Of a stretch of DNA of 64,000 nucleotides, positions 49,453-63,009 are shown piece by piece. This DNA is from Chrysomallon squamiferum. Its lineage: Eukaryota; Animalia; Mollusca. Where the stretch lies: the NCBI GenBank assembly GCA_012295275.1, contig CM022672.1, forward strand, positions 33,170,001-33,234,000, in the 5' to 3' direction. Every line of letters begins with the position of its first letter. Position 1 is the stretch's first letter. The notes below the pieces were generated by a model, which was given only the letters and a program-made list of their open reading frames with translations, was not told the origin of the DNA and did not search any database. The position numbers and the translations under genes were made by a program.

Positions 49453-51321
49453 CTATACATCCACACACATTAACACAAATTAATTTGTAACTCTTAAATT
49501 TTTTTAATTTTTTTTTGAAATGTTAGATGTATTCTCCAGTTACAATATTATATGCATTAGTCAAATAGATATAAATAGATTTACATGTTTGCCTGGTAAG
49601 CCAACCGGGAAAAATTAATGATGCAAAGTTTAAAAAAAAAAAAAAAAAAAAAATCCCCCAAAAACCCAGTATAACCAGGATGTGATCCAAATAACTATCC
49701 GGATTTATCTATCTATTTATCTATTTATTTATCTATTTATCTATTTATCTATCGCTGAAAGAGAGAGGTGAATGTTGACGGCTTAGTTGAGTGTTTCACT
49801 GATACTATGCGCAGGTTGATAACTGGACGAACAGTGAACGTAACATTATACGTTGAGCAGTCTTCTTTATTACTTGTAAAGGAAAAACTCAAAACAGGAA
49901 AAATCCTATCTATGCGTAATCCACCAACACTAATTTTTTGTATCGTAGTCTAATGCATTAAGGTGTTATCATATAAACACAATACTGCGACATTGAAGCC
50001 TTCAAAAACAGAAAGCAGGCGACTTCAGCTTGTGTCTAAATATATAACCAACAATTTATGTAATGCGTTGTATGATTTCCTCATAATAATACAACATAAT
50101 AACCAAACAAATTTATGTATTGCGTTGTACATTATATTATATTATACTATACTATACAATACTACTAAACTTTACTATACACTATACTAGACTACATTGC
50201 ACAATACTGTACTATACTATACCATACTATATTGTATTATACTGGTAATATTCTATCCCATACCATACTATACTATACCATACCATACTATACTATACTG
50301 ATAATATTCTACACTAAACCGTACTATACCATACCATACCATACCATACTATACCATACCATACCATACTAAACCATACCATACCATACTGATAATATAC
50401 TATACCATACCATACCATACTAAACCATACCATACCATACCATACTATACTGATAATATACAATACCATAACATACCATACTATACCATACTATACTGAT
50501 AATATACAATACCATAACATACCATGCTATACTATACTAAACCATACCATACCATACTATACTGATAATATACAATACCATAACATACCATACCATACCA
50601 TACTATACCATACCATACCATACTATACTGATAATATACAATACCATAACATACCATACTGATAATATACAATACCATACCATACCATACTGATAATATA
50701 CTATACCAGACAATACCATACCATGCCATACTAAACCATACCATACCATACTATACTATATTATACTGATAATATACTATACCATACCATACCATACTAT
50801 ACTCTACTGATAATATTCTATACTAAACCATACTATACCATACCAGACCATACCATACTATACTATACTACACTGAATGGTGCAACTGGACTAATTCTAA
50901 TTCAAGCCACTGCTCCATAACTGGAGTAACCAAGACCACGTGGCATGTGGTTTATCCTGTTTGTGGGATAGTGCATAAACAAAATGCTTCACTGCTAATT
51001 AGAAAGAGTAACCCATGAAATGGCGCAGTGAAATGTATCTGTTTTCATCTGACTGGTCCTCACAATAATACCAAACAAAATGTGCTGAGTAAACAAGCCA
51101 TTTTTGTTACCAAACCTTTATAGGTTACATTTCCTTTTGGGATACTGTTACAGAGCTCTTTCAGAAGTCGTCTCTCTTCTGTTAGTATTTTGGTGAGTGA
51201 ACTGGTTTTACGTTTCCAAAAGAAAATGAATTATTGCGTCTTCTTTTTAAAGGTAGACTAACCATGCTTGAATAATCTAAATTTTAGACTGTAAGTTGAT
51301 ATGTTGTTTTCTTGCAGAAAC

Positions 51322-51370
<49 letters not shown>

Positions 51371-51682
51371 AAAGGAAAAAAAGACAGAACAGTTAGTGTT
51401 AATGGTAAATAAAAAAGAGGTGAAATAGGTACGACAGACGGAGGGATGGATAAGAAACTGAAAAGGAGAAAAAGGTAACGAGAAAGGAAGGAGTACAGGA
51501 GGTAGAAGGAGAATTAAAAAGTCTTCAATGAAAATGGAAATTTATAAGGAAAAATGAAAAGCAGATTTGAAATAAAAATGAAGAGATAAAAAAGAATGAA
51601 AAAAAAAATGATGAAATTTGACTAATTAAATTTTTAAAAATATTTTTCGATATTAAATAATTACTAAATTAAATGATGGATA

Positions 51683-51755
<73 letters not shown>

Positions 51756-52405
51756 AGTAAGTATTATTTCAATTTTTAGACAACTTGCTAAAGAACCCAC
51801 TTAGACCCCATCACATATACACATGCAGTCAGACACCCGTACACACACCCCTACACACCCACACACACCCAGGTGTCCTTACCAAGAATATATTTATTGT
51901 CGCCGACCTGTTCTGGTTTAAACAGTCCCAGGAACTGCTCGTAGTAACACGGTACCGTGACGCACGTGAGCGGCAGACCGAGGTCGTGCATGTACGCCTC
52001 GATCTCGGCCTTCGCGTCCATGTGTCGCGTCTGAAGGCCAAGGACGCGCGGCGAGCTCTGCGTGCTGAAGACCACGTGAGCGACGCGCGCGGCCCTGCAG
52101 GCGTCTGCGATTTGGCGCCCTTCGTGAATCTCCGTCTGGTAGCTGTTCTGCTTGCCGAAGTCGGTGAAGGTGACGACGAAGCAGCCGTACGCGCCTGCCA
52201 GCGCCTCTTTCACGCTGGCTGAGTTCAGCGTGTTGCACTGGACGAGTTCGACTCCCATGTCCTTCAGGTGCTGTGCTTTTTGCGTGTTTATGTCACGTGT
52301 CGCCGCCCGCACGTGCAGGTCGGGGTCCTTGCTGAGCGCCTTGACAACAGCGCTTCCCTGGGAGCCCGTGGCGCAGAATACCGTGATGACTCTCTTCTGA
52401 GACAT
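48069..52405 (-). CDS. NmrA-like family domain-containing protein (NMRAL1/HSCARG-like atypical SDR, NAD(P)-binding)
   Basis: Exons 52405-51883, 48838-48645, 48257-48069. Rossmann-type ITVFCATGSQG, VRAATR, GAYGCFVVT, HMDAKAEIEAY, PMGTTPM and FEEWV. Probable non-coding exon donor at ~53517. Orthology to NMRAL1 is not certain. Confidence 0.88.
50130..50872. repeat. (TACCA/TACTA)n pentamer satellite with periodic CTGATAATAT
   Basis: Directly visible in NmrA-like intron 1. Confidence 0.95.
50903..51100 (+). mobile_element. Degraded SINE fragment, Meta-domain-like gastropod repeat
   Basis: ...tatcctgtttgtgggatagtgcataaacaaaatgcttcactgctaattagaaagagtaacccatgaaatggcg resembles a recalled mollusc SINE core (ATCCTGTCTGTGGGATGGTGCATATAAAAGATCCCTTGCTGCTAATC). 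Not database-verified. Confidence 0.6.
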
Positions 52406-52431
52406 TGTGTCCTACTGAAGTAGTAACAATA

Positions 52432-52467
<36 letters not shown>

Positions 52468-52697
52468 GTAATAATAATAATAATAGTAATAATAGTAATA
52501 ATAATAATAGTAATAATGATAATAATAATAAGAAGAAGAAGAAGAAGTAGAAGAATAGTAGTAGTACTAGTAGTAATAATAATAATGATAATAATAACGA
52601 TAATAATAATATGATAATGATGATGATAATAATAATAATAATAATAATAATAAGATGATAATAATAATAATAATATGATAATGATGATGATGATAAT

Positions 52698-52728
<31 letters not shown>

Positions 52729-52733
52729 TGATG

Positions 52734-52771
<38 letters not shown>

Positions 52772-53622
52772 CAGAAGAAGAAGAAGAAGAAGATGATGAT
52801 GATGATGATGATAATAATAATAAGAAGAAGAATGGTGGTAATAGTAGTAGTAGTAGTGGTAGTAGTAGTAATAATAATAATAATGACGATGATGATGATT
52901 ATGATTTTGATGATGATGATAACAGCAGTTTCAAATAAATAAATAAACTATATAGATATCTACTATGAGCATGATAAACATTGCCGATTGGTAGTGATAG
53001 TAGTCATAATAATACTAATGTACTAAATTGTTTTTAAAATTATTATTATGATGATGAAAGAAGAAATTGTCCAATGGAAACTGCGAGACTGTTAACACTG
53101 AAACAATAATTAAATACATGATTATTCAGCTCCCCAGTACCAGTGCCGCTAATGAACTACTACTACTACAACTACCACTACAGCTACTACTACGATTAAT
53201 ACTCTACTAGTACTACTACTTCTGCTGCTACTACAACAACTACCAGTACTACTACTACTACTACTAAGTTCGTATTATTATAATCGAAAGCCTAGCCGAC
53301 ATACGTATTTCTTTCCAAAATACCGTAACATAATACAACACGTAAAAAAAAAAATATATATATATATATATCTGATTAAGCAATACAGTTTACACAATTC
53401 GACATAATTTACAGACAAAAATAATAATAAATTTTGATCATGTTGCTGCCACTGAATATTCATGTGTATGTCACTATTAATAAAAAAAAAAAATTAATTT
53501 GTCAGAGATAAACTTACCCGGTTTGACTGGTACACTGTCCGTTTTTATAAAAAAAAAAAAAACCAAACAAAATCGTGGCTGATCTTACACCTGCGCAGCA
53601 CGGTGCTATTGAGCCGATACCG

Positions 53623-53655
53623 GTTACTAGCAACGCTCACTGTCGCTATGGAATC
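53623..53655. promoter_or_regulatory. Tandem RFX X-box-like sites upstream of the NmrA-like gene
   Basis: GTTACTAGCAAC (53623-53634) and GTCGCTATGGAATC (53642-53655), in a CpG-rich patch ~100 bp upstream of the putative non-coding exon donor. Confidence 0.5.
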
Positions 53656-54015
53656 TGTCGGTGAACGGAACTTGCCGAGACCTGTTAACTCGGGATTTGT
53701 ATTTGATTTCTGCACTTAGATTAGCCACACACAATGCTATTAGTCCTGTTTGTTTACTGCATGACCCGAGATATTTTTTTTTTTTTTTTTTAACAGAGGC
53801 GTGAATGGAAATTAGAACAACATTTAGTGTTATTGCTATTGCTCTTATAACGTGCAGGTTATGTACAAAAATTAACAGCAACAACAGCTGCTACTATTTA
53901 TTACTACTACTACTACTTTTGCTACTGATACTACTATTACAGCAACAACAACAACTACTACTACTACTACTAATTCTTAGATTAGATATATAGTTCAAAT
54001 AAAGCAAAAAATAAA

Positions 54016-54078
<63 letters not shown>

Positions 54079-54269
54079 TAATAAATAAAAATAAAATAAA
54101 ATAAAATAAATAAAATAAAATAAATAGAAAAAAAAAAAAATGTATTTAACAGGTACAAATAAATATATTTTATCTATGTACTCAAAATCAGAAATGAAAG
54201 AAAATTTTAAACAATATTCTGTATTTAACAGCATTAAATTAACTCTGAAGCCTATTCACTACTACTTTT

Positions 54270-54314
<45 letters not shown>

Positions 54315-54629
54315 ATACTACTACTACTACTACTGTGTTTATGTGGGAGCGTATTGGAATTTGTACACAATAATTGCTATTGGATAGATGTGTGACGTAA
54401 TAAATATATGACGTAACATCTTTGTGACATCATGTATACTAATTTGTATAGCTTAGACAGCGGCTGATGTTTGTAAGCAGATTATTTCGAAGAATTAATG
54501 ATAATTCCTAATCCGATGAATTTATTAGGATTAAATCAATGGTCGAATTTCATGACAGGTTAAACTGTTTAATCAGTACATACATTCATCTGGCTACTTC
54601 GATTTTAGTTATTATTATTATTATCACTG

Positions 54630-54661
<32 letters not shown>

Positions 54662-55541
54662 GGTGGTTTTACTGTTTATTACTACTACCATTGCTAAAAC
54701 TACTACGACTGCATATACACACTATTTATTTAACTTCCCGAAAACCGGTTTTAGAAATGTATTAATTTAATATTGTTAAATACACTTAATTTTTACGTTT
54801 CTATATTTTAATATATAAATAAAGTGTATTTATTTATATTTGTTTCATACAGTTTAATTTGTTTTTCTTTATTTATTTTAAGCACGTACCTAACCTGGTC
54901 TGGTACATGTAGATTAATTATGACTGTTCTTTTAGTTACATACTACAACTACAACCACCATTATTACTACTACGACTACTACTATTACTTCTACTACGAC
55001 TTCTGCAGCTGCTTTTATTACTGCTACTACAACTACTACAGCTACTACTGCTGTTACTGCAGCTAACACAATTATTACTTCTACAACTACTACTATTACT
55101 GCTACTACAACTGCTATAACTGTTACTACAACTAGTACCATCATTAATACTTCTACGACGACTATTACTGCTTCTACTACTTGTACTATTGCTCTGCAGC
55201 AACTGCTGCTGCTGCTATTACTACTACTACTACTACAAAACAGAAACAACAACAAACAAAAAATAAAATAAAAAAAGCCTTTCCCGGATTAGTCCTTAAT
55301 TACTTAACTTATTTTATTAAATATATTTTCCTTCTGTCTTTAAAACTGTGATTATCGTCAGATTATCGTCAGTATACAGACCTCGATAATGAAAACAACG
55401 AAGATCGATTATAAAATCTGAAACGTTTATTAACGGTATTTTTCGTTTTATATTCTTTTTCGAAATATAAACACTTTTACACTATTATATTTGCGTTGAG
55501 CAAGGAAGCACATACGGTTTACAGAGTGAATGTAAAAAAAA

Positions 55542-55587
<46 letters not shown>

Positions 55588-55884
55588 ACAACAAACAGAA
55601 TGAACAACACTTGTTAATATTATAAAATATATACATAACATGGACGCCATTTGTTACGTGTGTGCAAATGAAGATATAAGGTAACAGAAAAACAAAAATC
55701 ACAAAATACACACGTAAACAGACATTTATACAAATACACACGCATTAAAACGTTATATATATATATATACACACACACAAAACAACCCAGATATCACGCC
55801 CGCACTTGTTTATTTCTACCTCCAATAATAAAAATAAATTTATATTTGGTTGTATCTTCTATGAAATCTCAGCGTACTTAACTT

Positions 55885-55973
<89 letters not shown>

Positions 55974-56432
55974 ATATATATATATAAAAAAATAATCCAA
56001 AACATTTCACAACTCTGTACCATTAAAATGAGTACAGCATCTTTACGATATTCTTCACGGTTTATTATACTTTATTATTATGAAAGAATGCTCAGTGATA
56101 AAAATAAGACAAATCACAAGGAACACTGCAAAGTTAGCCGTTTTGTTAGTAGTAAGAGGTATATATAACTTTAAACAGACAGTGTAAATATTATTTCGTA
56201 AATTATACACTTATAAATATGTTTCTTATGAAAATGATACGAAAAATGAGATAAAAAAAAAAAAATAATTTCTATTTTGAGCATGTTACTAAAATTATTT
56301 ATCTTACTCAGCATTATTCTATCACACCGGATGTTTTCTTAGTAAACAAAGTTATCGTGTAATGAAAATAAAATATTTCAGTGCTGTTCAGAACAAAATA
56401 AGTAAATAATACTAAATAATACTAAAAATAAA

Positions 56433-56463
<31 letters not shown>

Positions 56464-56533
56464 ACTAAATAAATAATAAATAACACTAAATAAATACTAA
56501 ATCAAATCAATAATAGTAAATAAATCAATAATA

Positions 56534-56564
<31 letters not shown>

Positions 56565-56697
56565 AACTAACTAAATAAGTAAATAAATAAACACATAAAT
56601 AAATATATAAATAAATAATACTAAATATACTAAAACAAATAACTAAATAATACTAAATAAATAAATATATAAAATAAATAAATAAAATAAATAATAC

Positions 56698-56728
<31 letters not shown>

Positions 56729-57157
56729 CACTAAAATAAATAAATAACTGAATTTGATAGTATGCTAAACGTGTTAAGGCACATTTAATTAAAGAAACAC
56801 ACAGTAACAGAATAACATTCACAGGGAAGTAGAACGGCCACACAAGAATGTGTGAGAGGTGAATGCAGTACAATGTTTAATTTTCCTTTACGTTTTTAAC
56901 AAGCTTCTTCAGAAAGGTCACAGATGGATAAACACCACAACCTAAACCCCTGTTAATATTAAAGTCATCAACCATTAATATATTAAAAAATAGAGCAAGC
57001 TGTTTCGTTAACGATCCTTTAGTTCATGTCATTATTTTTATGGCTTCATGATATGACGTCTTTGCTTTGTTTGGAATGGGAAATTATGCTATCACGCCGC
57101 TTTATGGAATGACTGACACACACAATACTGATAAACGTCATGTTTATCATTAATAAC

Positions 57158-57196
<39 letters not shown>

Positions 57197-57440
57197 CGCC
57201 ATGTTTATCATTGTTCACAGAACTGTTCTTTCCGGTATTTAAAGTGACCGGAAATGCGATGTAAGTTATTTTTTCCAGATACGAATATTTGCCGAACGAT
57301 GTAGAGAATATTGGTTGTCAAAATTAAAAATAAAAATAAAAGTATTGATCCTTCTCAGTGATTGGTTTCGTCTCGAATCGTGAACTTGTTTGTAATTTTA
57401 GATTTATTTTCTTTTAGGATTATCTCCACCTTCTTGTCGT

Positions 57441-57692
57441 TTATAATATCGTACATTTCGAGAGGCGTGGTCGTTTCGGCGGAATAACACGAGTTCTGCA
57501 TAGCGGACATAGGGCAGTTTTCTAAGAAAATAATAATAATCATAATAATCGATAATAAGAAGAATAATAATAATAATAATAATAATAATAAGAATAATGA
57601 AGATAAGAAGAAGAAGAAGAAATAAGAGAAACAGCGAGAGAGAAGGTACCGTCATAAAAAATAGAGTATATGGATATATTTGAATATTTCTT

Positions 57693-57729
<37 letters not shown>

Positions 57730-58184
57730 TAACATTGAAAACTCATTTAATACTGAATATTAAAACAAAGGATTCCCAGTTTATCGATTTCTAGAATTAA
57801 TCGTGTCCACTGACCTGCAACCATTGGTCAATACAGTCGGCGTGGAAGAAATGTTTACATTTAAGAACTCGCTTTCTGTCGCCTATGACGAATTCCGTGA
57901 TGCAGATGCCGCAGTTGTCGTCGATGTTTTCATTGACGAGACACGGACTCTGCAGTCGGCTGATCTGCCTCGTTTTCAGTCCGGGGACGGAGTAAATCAC
58001 CGAGTCGTTTCTCATAAGTTCCTGTTGAACACAGACAGACAGACAGACAGATAGATAAATACGTACATATAAACAATCAATAAAACAACGGATAAAAAAT
58101 AAATAAATAAATAAATAAATATATAGCCCAGATATAGAAACATTTACGATCTATTAATTAGATAATAATAATAATAATAATAAT

Positions 58185-58236
<52 letters not shown>

Positions 58237-58473
58237 TTCACCATAATAATAATAATATAATAATAACAACAACAGGTATAATAATAATAAATACATTAAC
58301 CCAAACAACAAAAATAATAATTATAATGATAATAATAGCAATCATCAACAACAACAACAACAACAGAAATAATAAGAAGAAGAAGAAAACGAAGAAGACC
58401 AATGAAAACAATAAAACAATAATATTAATAAAAAATAACAATATCTTCTGCTACTGCTACTACTACTACTACA

Positions 58474-58523
<50 letters not shown>

Positions 58524-59050
58524 TAATAACAACAACAATAATGATATAATAATAATAAATACAATAACCTGAACAACAAAATAATAATTATAATGATAAT
58601 AATAGCAATCATCAACAACAGAAATAATAATAAGAAGAAGAAGAAGAAGAAGAAGAAAAACGAAGAAACAACGAAAAAATAAAACAATAATATTAATACA
58701 AAATAACAACACCTACTGCTACTGCTACTATTACTACCACAATTACAACAACAACTACTACTACAATATAATAATAATAATAATAATAATATTAGAAGAA
58801 GAAGAAGAAGAAGAAGAAGAAGAAAACGAAGAAGATCAACGAAAACAATAATATTAATAAAAAATAACAGCATCTACTGCTACTGCTACTATTACTACCA
58901 CAATTACAACAACAACTACAATATAATAATAATATTAATAATATAATAATAATAATAATAATAACAATAATAATAATGATATAATAATAATAATAATAAC
59001 AACAATAATGATATAATAATAATAATAATGATATAATAATAACAATAATG

Positions 59051-59120
<70 letters not shown>

Positions 59121-59366
59121 TAACAACGAAATGAAATGAGACAAACTGGAATTCGCTGTTCTCTGCGTGCTGCTGATGACAGAATGTTTCCGTGTATCAC
59201 TGAATGGAATGTCAACTATTCCACTAGTGCACAGGACTGTGCTACTACTGTTCACATCCGAGAATTAGTTTAATAACCACAGTAACTTTCCATCAATGAC
59301 AACAACAACAACAACAACAAGAGTAATGATTGTTATAATAAGTAAATCAATTAATAATAATAATAA

Positions 59367-59397
<31 letters not shown>

Positions 59398-60542
59398 GAG
59401 AAGGAGAAGAGGAAGAAGAAGAAGAAGAAGACGTAGTAGTAGTAGTAAATTTACAAATAAATAAATAAATAAATAAATAAATAGATAAATAAATAAATAA
59501 ATAATATTACCAGTAATTGGTCCCTTTGCACAACGTTAAGGTCAAGAGCATCCAGAATGTCGTCGTCGTCGTCGATGAGGTCACCAATGTGCAGAGAGTC
59601 CAAAGTGTCGACAGACGAAACCATCGATAACCGGTCATCACTGGGCCCGTTGGCGGGAACCTCGGCTGACGTCATCTGAGACAGTTCGAGAATCTCTACC
59701 TCATTGTTTTGTAAATACAAGGCGTAGCCAAAATCGCTCTCGATTTGCGAAATAACTTCCTCCTCTAGCGACTGAAAATAAAATAATATAATATATAAAT
59801 AAATAAAAATAAAAATAATAATAATAAATAATAATAATAATAAAATATATATATGGATTCCAATATTATTGTTTTCGTTTTAGTTGCGGGTTATCGCTTT
59901 TACAACAGCAAGAATTATCGCCCTTGATTGTTTTATGAGTATTTTATGCTATTGTAACCACAGTTCTGTACTGATAACAGCTAATATTGTTAGTGGAATG
60001 TTACAAAATAACAACAGTCACTATTACCACTATGACTTCTACAACGGCTACTATTAAACTACTTTTATTATTATTACTACTACATCAGCTACTAGTAAGT
60101 TTACTACCTCTGCTATTTCTGTTACATTAATAACATTAATAATACTGTTACTACTATTACTACTACTGCTGCTGCTGCTGCTACTACTACTACTACTACT
60201 ACTTCTGTTATTAGTTATTTCACTATTCCTACTACGACTAGTATTAGTACAGTTTCTCAAAGTATTTTTCAAAAGTTAGTAAATAATATTGTTATCATCA
60301 TCAGCAGCAACAGCATCAGCATTATTTTCTTACTGTTGTTATTGTTATTATTTAGTATTAATAGCACTTTTTTGATACCGGCGTTCTTTTTATTGTTATT
60401 GTTCATGTTATTATTTTTACTGTTCTTGTTATCATTATTATTTTTTACTGTTCTTGTTATCATTATTATTTTTAATTATTTTATAAATATTTATTTTATT
60501 TATTATTATTATTATATTATTATATTTATTTATTTATTTATT

Positions 60543-60629
<87 letters not shown>

Positions 60630-60804
60630 GTGTGTGTGTGTGTGTTGTTGTTGTTGCTGTTGCTGTTGGGTTGCATTTATTATCTTGTTACTAAAACAAA
60701 CAACCTACTTTTTCATCCGTGACGCAGGATATATACTGACTCAAATCTGGGCCAGACGAACTAGCTGACCAATCAGATTCGACATCTGAAGAGGATGATG
60801 ACAT
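57441..60804 (-). CDS. RING-H2 E3 ubiquitin ligase, 214 aa, with MIU-like motif and C-terminal CaaX (CTIL)
   Basis: Exons 60804-60709, 59771-59511, 58021-57815, 57521-57441, all phase 0. RING-H2: CGIC..EF...LKCKHFFHADCIDQWLQ|KTALCPLCR. Probable upstream UTR splice sites at ~61045 (acceptor) and ~61523 (donor). Confidence 0.85.
58240..59120. repeat. Compound microsatellite block with 2-3 imperfect ~180-290-bp duplications
   Basis: aacaaaataataattataatgataataatagcaatcatcaacaac and aaaacaataatattaata...ctactgctactgctact recur. Confidence 0.8.
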
Positions 60805-61284
60805 CGTTGGACAGAAGGGTCAAAACATTAATCTTTTTCTTATTCCACTTTCCTTGAATGTCTTATATATCTCTTTTTGTAAACTGTTATTTTTCTCTCT
60901 TCTTTTTTTCTTTGTTTTTATAAGTTTTCTGAATATTTCTTCTTCTTCTTCTTCTCCAAATCTAGCCTCGTTATGATCTGCTACTGCTCGTGACGCAATA
61001 ACATTGTTCGCCAGCAGGAAACAAATGACGTCATGACTGTTATTTCTGTAATAAAACAAATGAAACATGTTATGTTAAACAAATATATCAGTCAGATAAA
61101 AGCAATGGTCGATGTTATCGATAAAGAAAGAAATACATACGTCCATCCAAACTTGTGTGCGTGTGTGTGTGTGTGTGTGTCTGTGTGTATGTATATGTAT
61201 GTAGAATGTAATTTTATCACTGTGTCCTAATACACAATAAGAAATCAATGATACAACCATCAACAAAAGACTAATATTATTATC

Positions 61285-61341
<57 letters not shown>

Positions 61342-61959
61342 GCTACTACTACTACTACTAATAATGATAATTCTAACACATGTCATAATAACAATAACCA
61401 CAACGAAAACGACAACAACAACAAAACAACAACTACAACAACCTGAACAATAATAATAATAATAATAATAATAACAATAATAATCATAACAACAACAAGA
61501 AACTATGCCACTGGCTAACTTACATGCAAACTTTGAACAAAGGAGAGGAGATTATGTGTTTTACTCTTAGCAACAAGACTAAACAGACGTAAACTGAAAG
61601 GAGTAACAGTTAACTCTGTTCTTTTACCACAAATCGCTTTGGTTTGCTGCATGTATTATCGTGTTTTTACTTGTCAGTGTGTTTAGTTAACTGGGAAGTT
61701 ATCTTTCGTTAGTACTTTTAATCCACTGACAGTGTATGGTGAGAGAGTTTGGGAGTGTGTGTTTGTTTGTCTAGTGTCACAGAAGTATTTTAATAAAATA
61801 AATTCGCATTTATATATAAGTTGGTTTAACTGCATATATATATACACACACAGACACGCACAAACTCTCTCTCTCTCTTATATAAGTGTTTTTAATTTAT
61901 TTATTTATTTATGCCATTTATTAATTATCTGTCTGTCTGTCTGTCTGTCTGTATGTCTA

Positions 61960-62117
61960 TCTGTTTATTGACTGTGCTCTAAATAAACATAATTTTTTGC
62001 ACAGATAATAAAAATGCTGACAGAGAAGTGCAGAAACCAGGAAGCGATGATAGCAGAGTTTGAATTGAGAGAAGGAGAATACCAGGACTTAGAGACAGAA
62101 TCTGATCTTCTGAGACA
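61960..62117 (+). pseudogene. Inverted copy of most of CFAP157 exon 6 plus its acceptor
   Basis: Reverse complement of ~35307-35465; encodes IIKMLTEKCRNQEAMIAEFELREGEYQDLETESDLLR. Confidence 0.92.
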
Positions 62118-62978
62118 CACAAACAAACACAAACGGATATATTCATTGTTCGAATCTATAAAATTTAAAAACAATTGTAACGTAAATACTAGAACAAGCT
62201 TTTTTCTTTTCACTTGGGGAAATGCGAATGAAACAATTTTCCTTTGAGCTCGCATTAAATAATAATAAAAAAATTATTATTTTTTATAAATTATATTTTA
62301 ACATGTATAAATTTATGGATATCTATTTAATGCTGAGCTGTCGGTAAATTCTGTTCTTGGTAGATAGGTTAAAAGCTAACTTCATTTAAAGTTGTTTGTT
62401 TTGTCGTTGTGAAATCCTTTCGTAATATCATAGTCGATAACCACAAAACACACATAGAAACATAAATACAATCCACAAAAAAAAAAAAAAAAAAAAAAAA
62501 ATCCTGTTTATTTATGAACGAACTTCAAGTCCGGTTTCGTTTCTTTCTAAACGTAGCAAACTGTGAAATCCGATACATCACAGAAGGTACACAGAAGTAA
62601 CATTTTCTAAGAAACAGAACAGGTAATTTTTTTTTTTCTCCCCCTTTCATTACCTCGAAAGTTGCGAAACCCTTCAGATTTATCTACGTAATAACCAGGT
62701 CGACAAAAGTATGCTACATTCGACTTAACAAGAGTCGATATACAACGGGTGCAAGTACAATCGTTGTTTAATCTAACAAGACGTGAAATTTGTTGTGCGT
62801 AGTTTCGCCTTGCCCTGTCGCGAACAATCTACCCCGTGTGCGTTCATGCGTGACAAGGCCGAATTAACCTGCGCGCGGAGAGCACTAGAGCCTGAAGCTA
62901 GCTAATAATACAGCAAATCAGAGTTTCATCCAATAACCCGCCACTAGGAAGTATGTAACGTTCACTCCAACCCAGACT

Positions 62979-63009
<31 letters not shown>

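Noticed and set aside
51785-52400. Overlapping ORFs on both strands over the NmrA exon
   Set aside because: Expected from high GC and few stop codons.
51883-52405. Bacterial contamination or recent horizontal transfer of the GC-rich exon
   Set aside because: Splices in phase to two downstream exons and resembles animal NMRAL1-like proteins.
62690-62960. GC/CpG-rich patch, possible exon or promoter
   Set aside because: No recognisable ORF or consistent splice pair; cannot be assigned.
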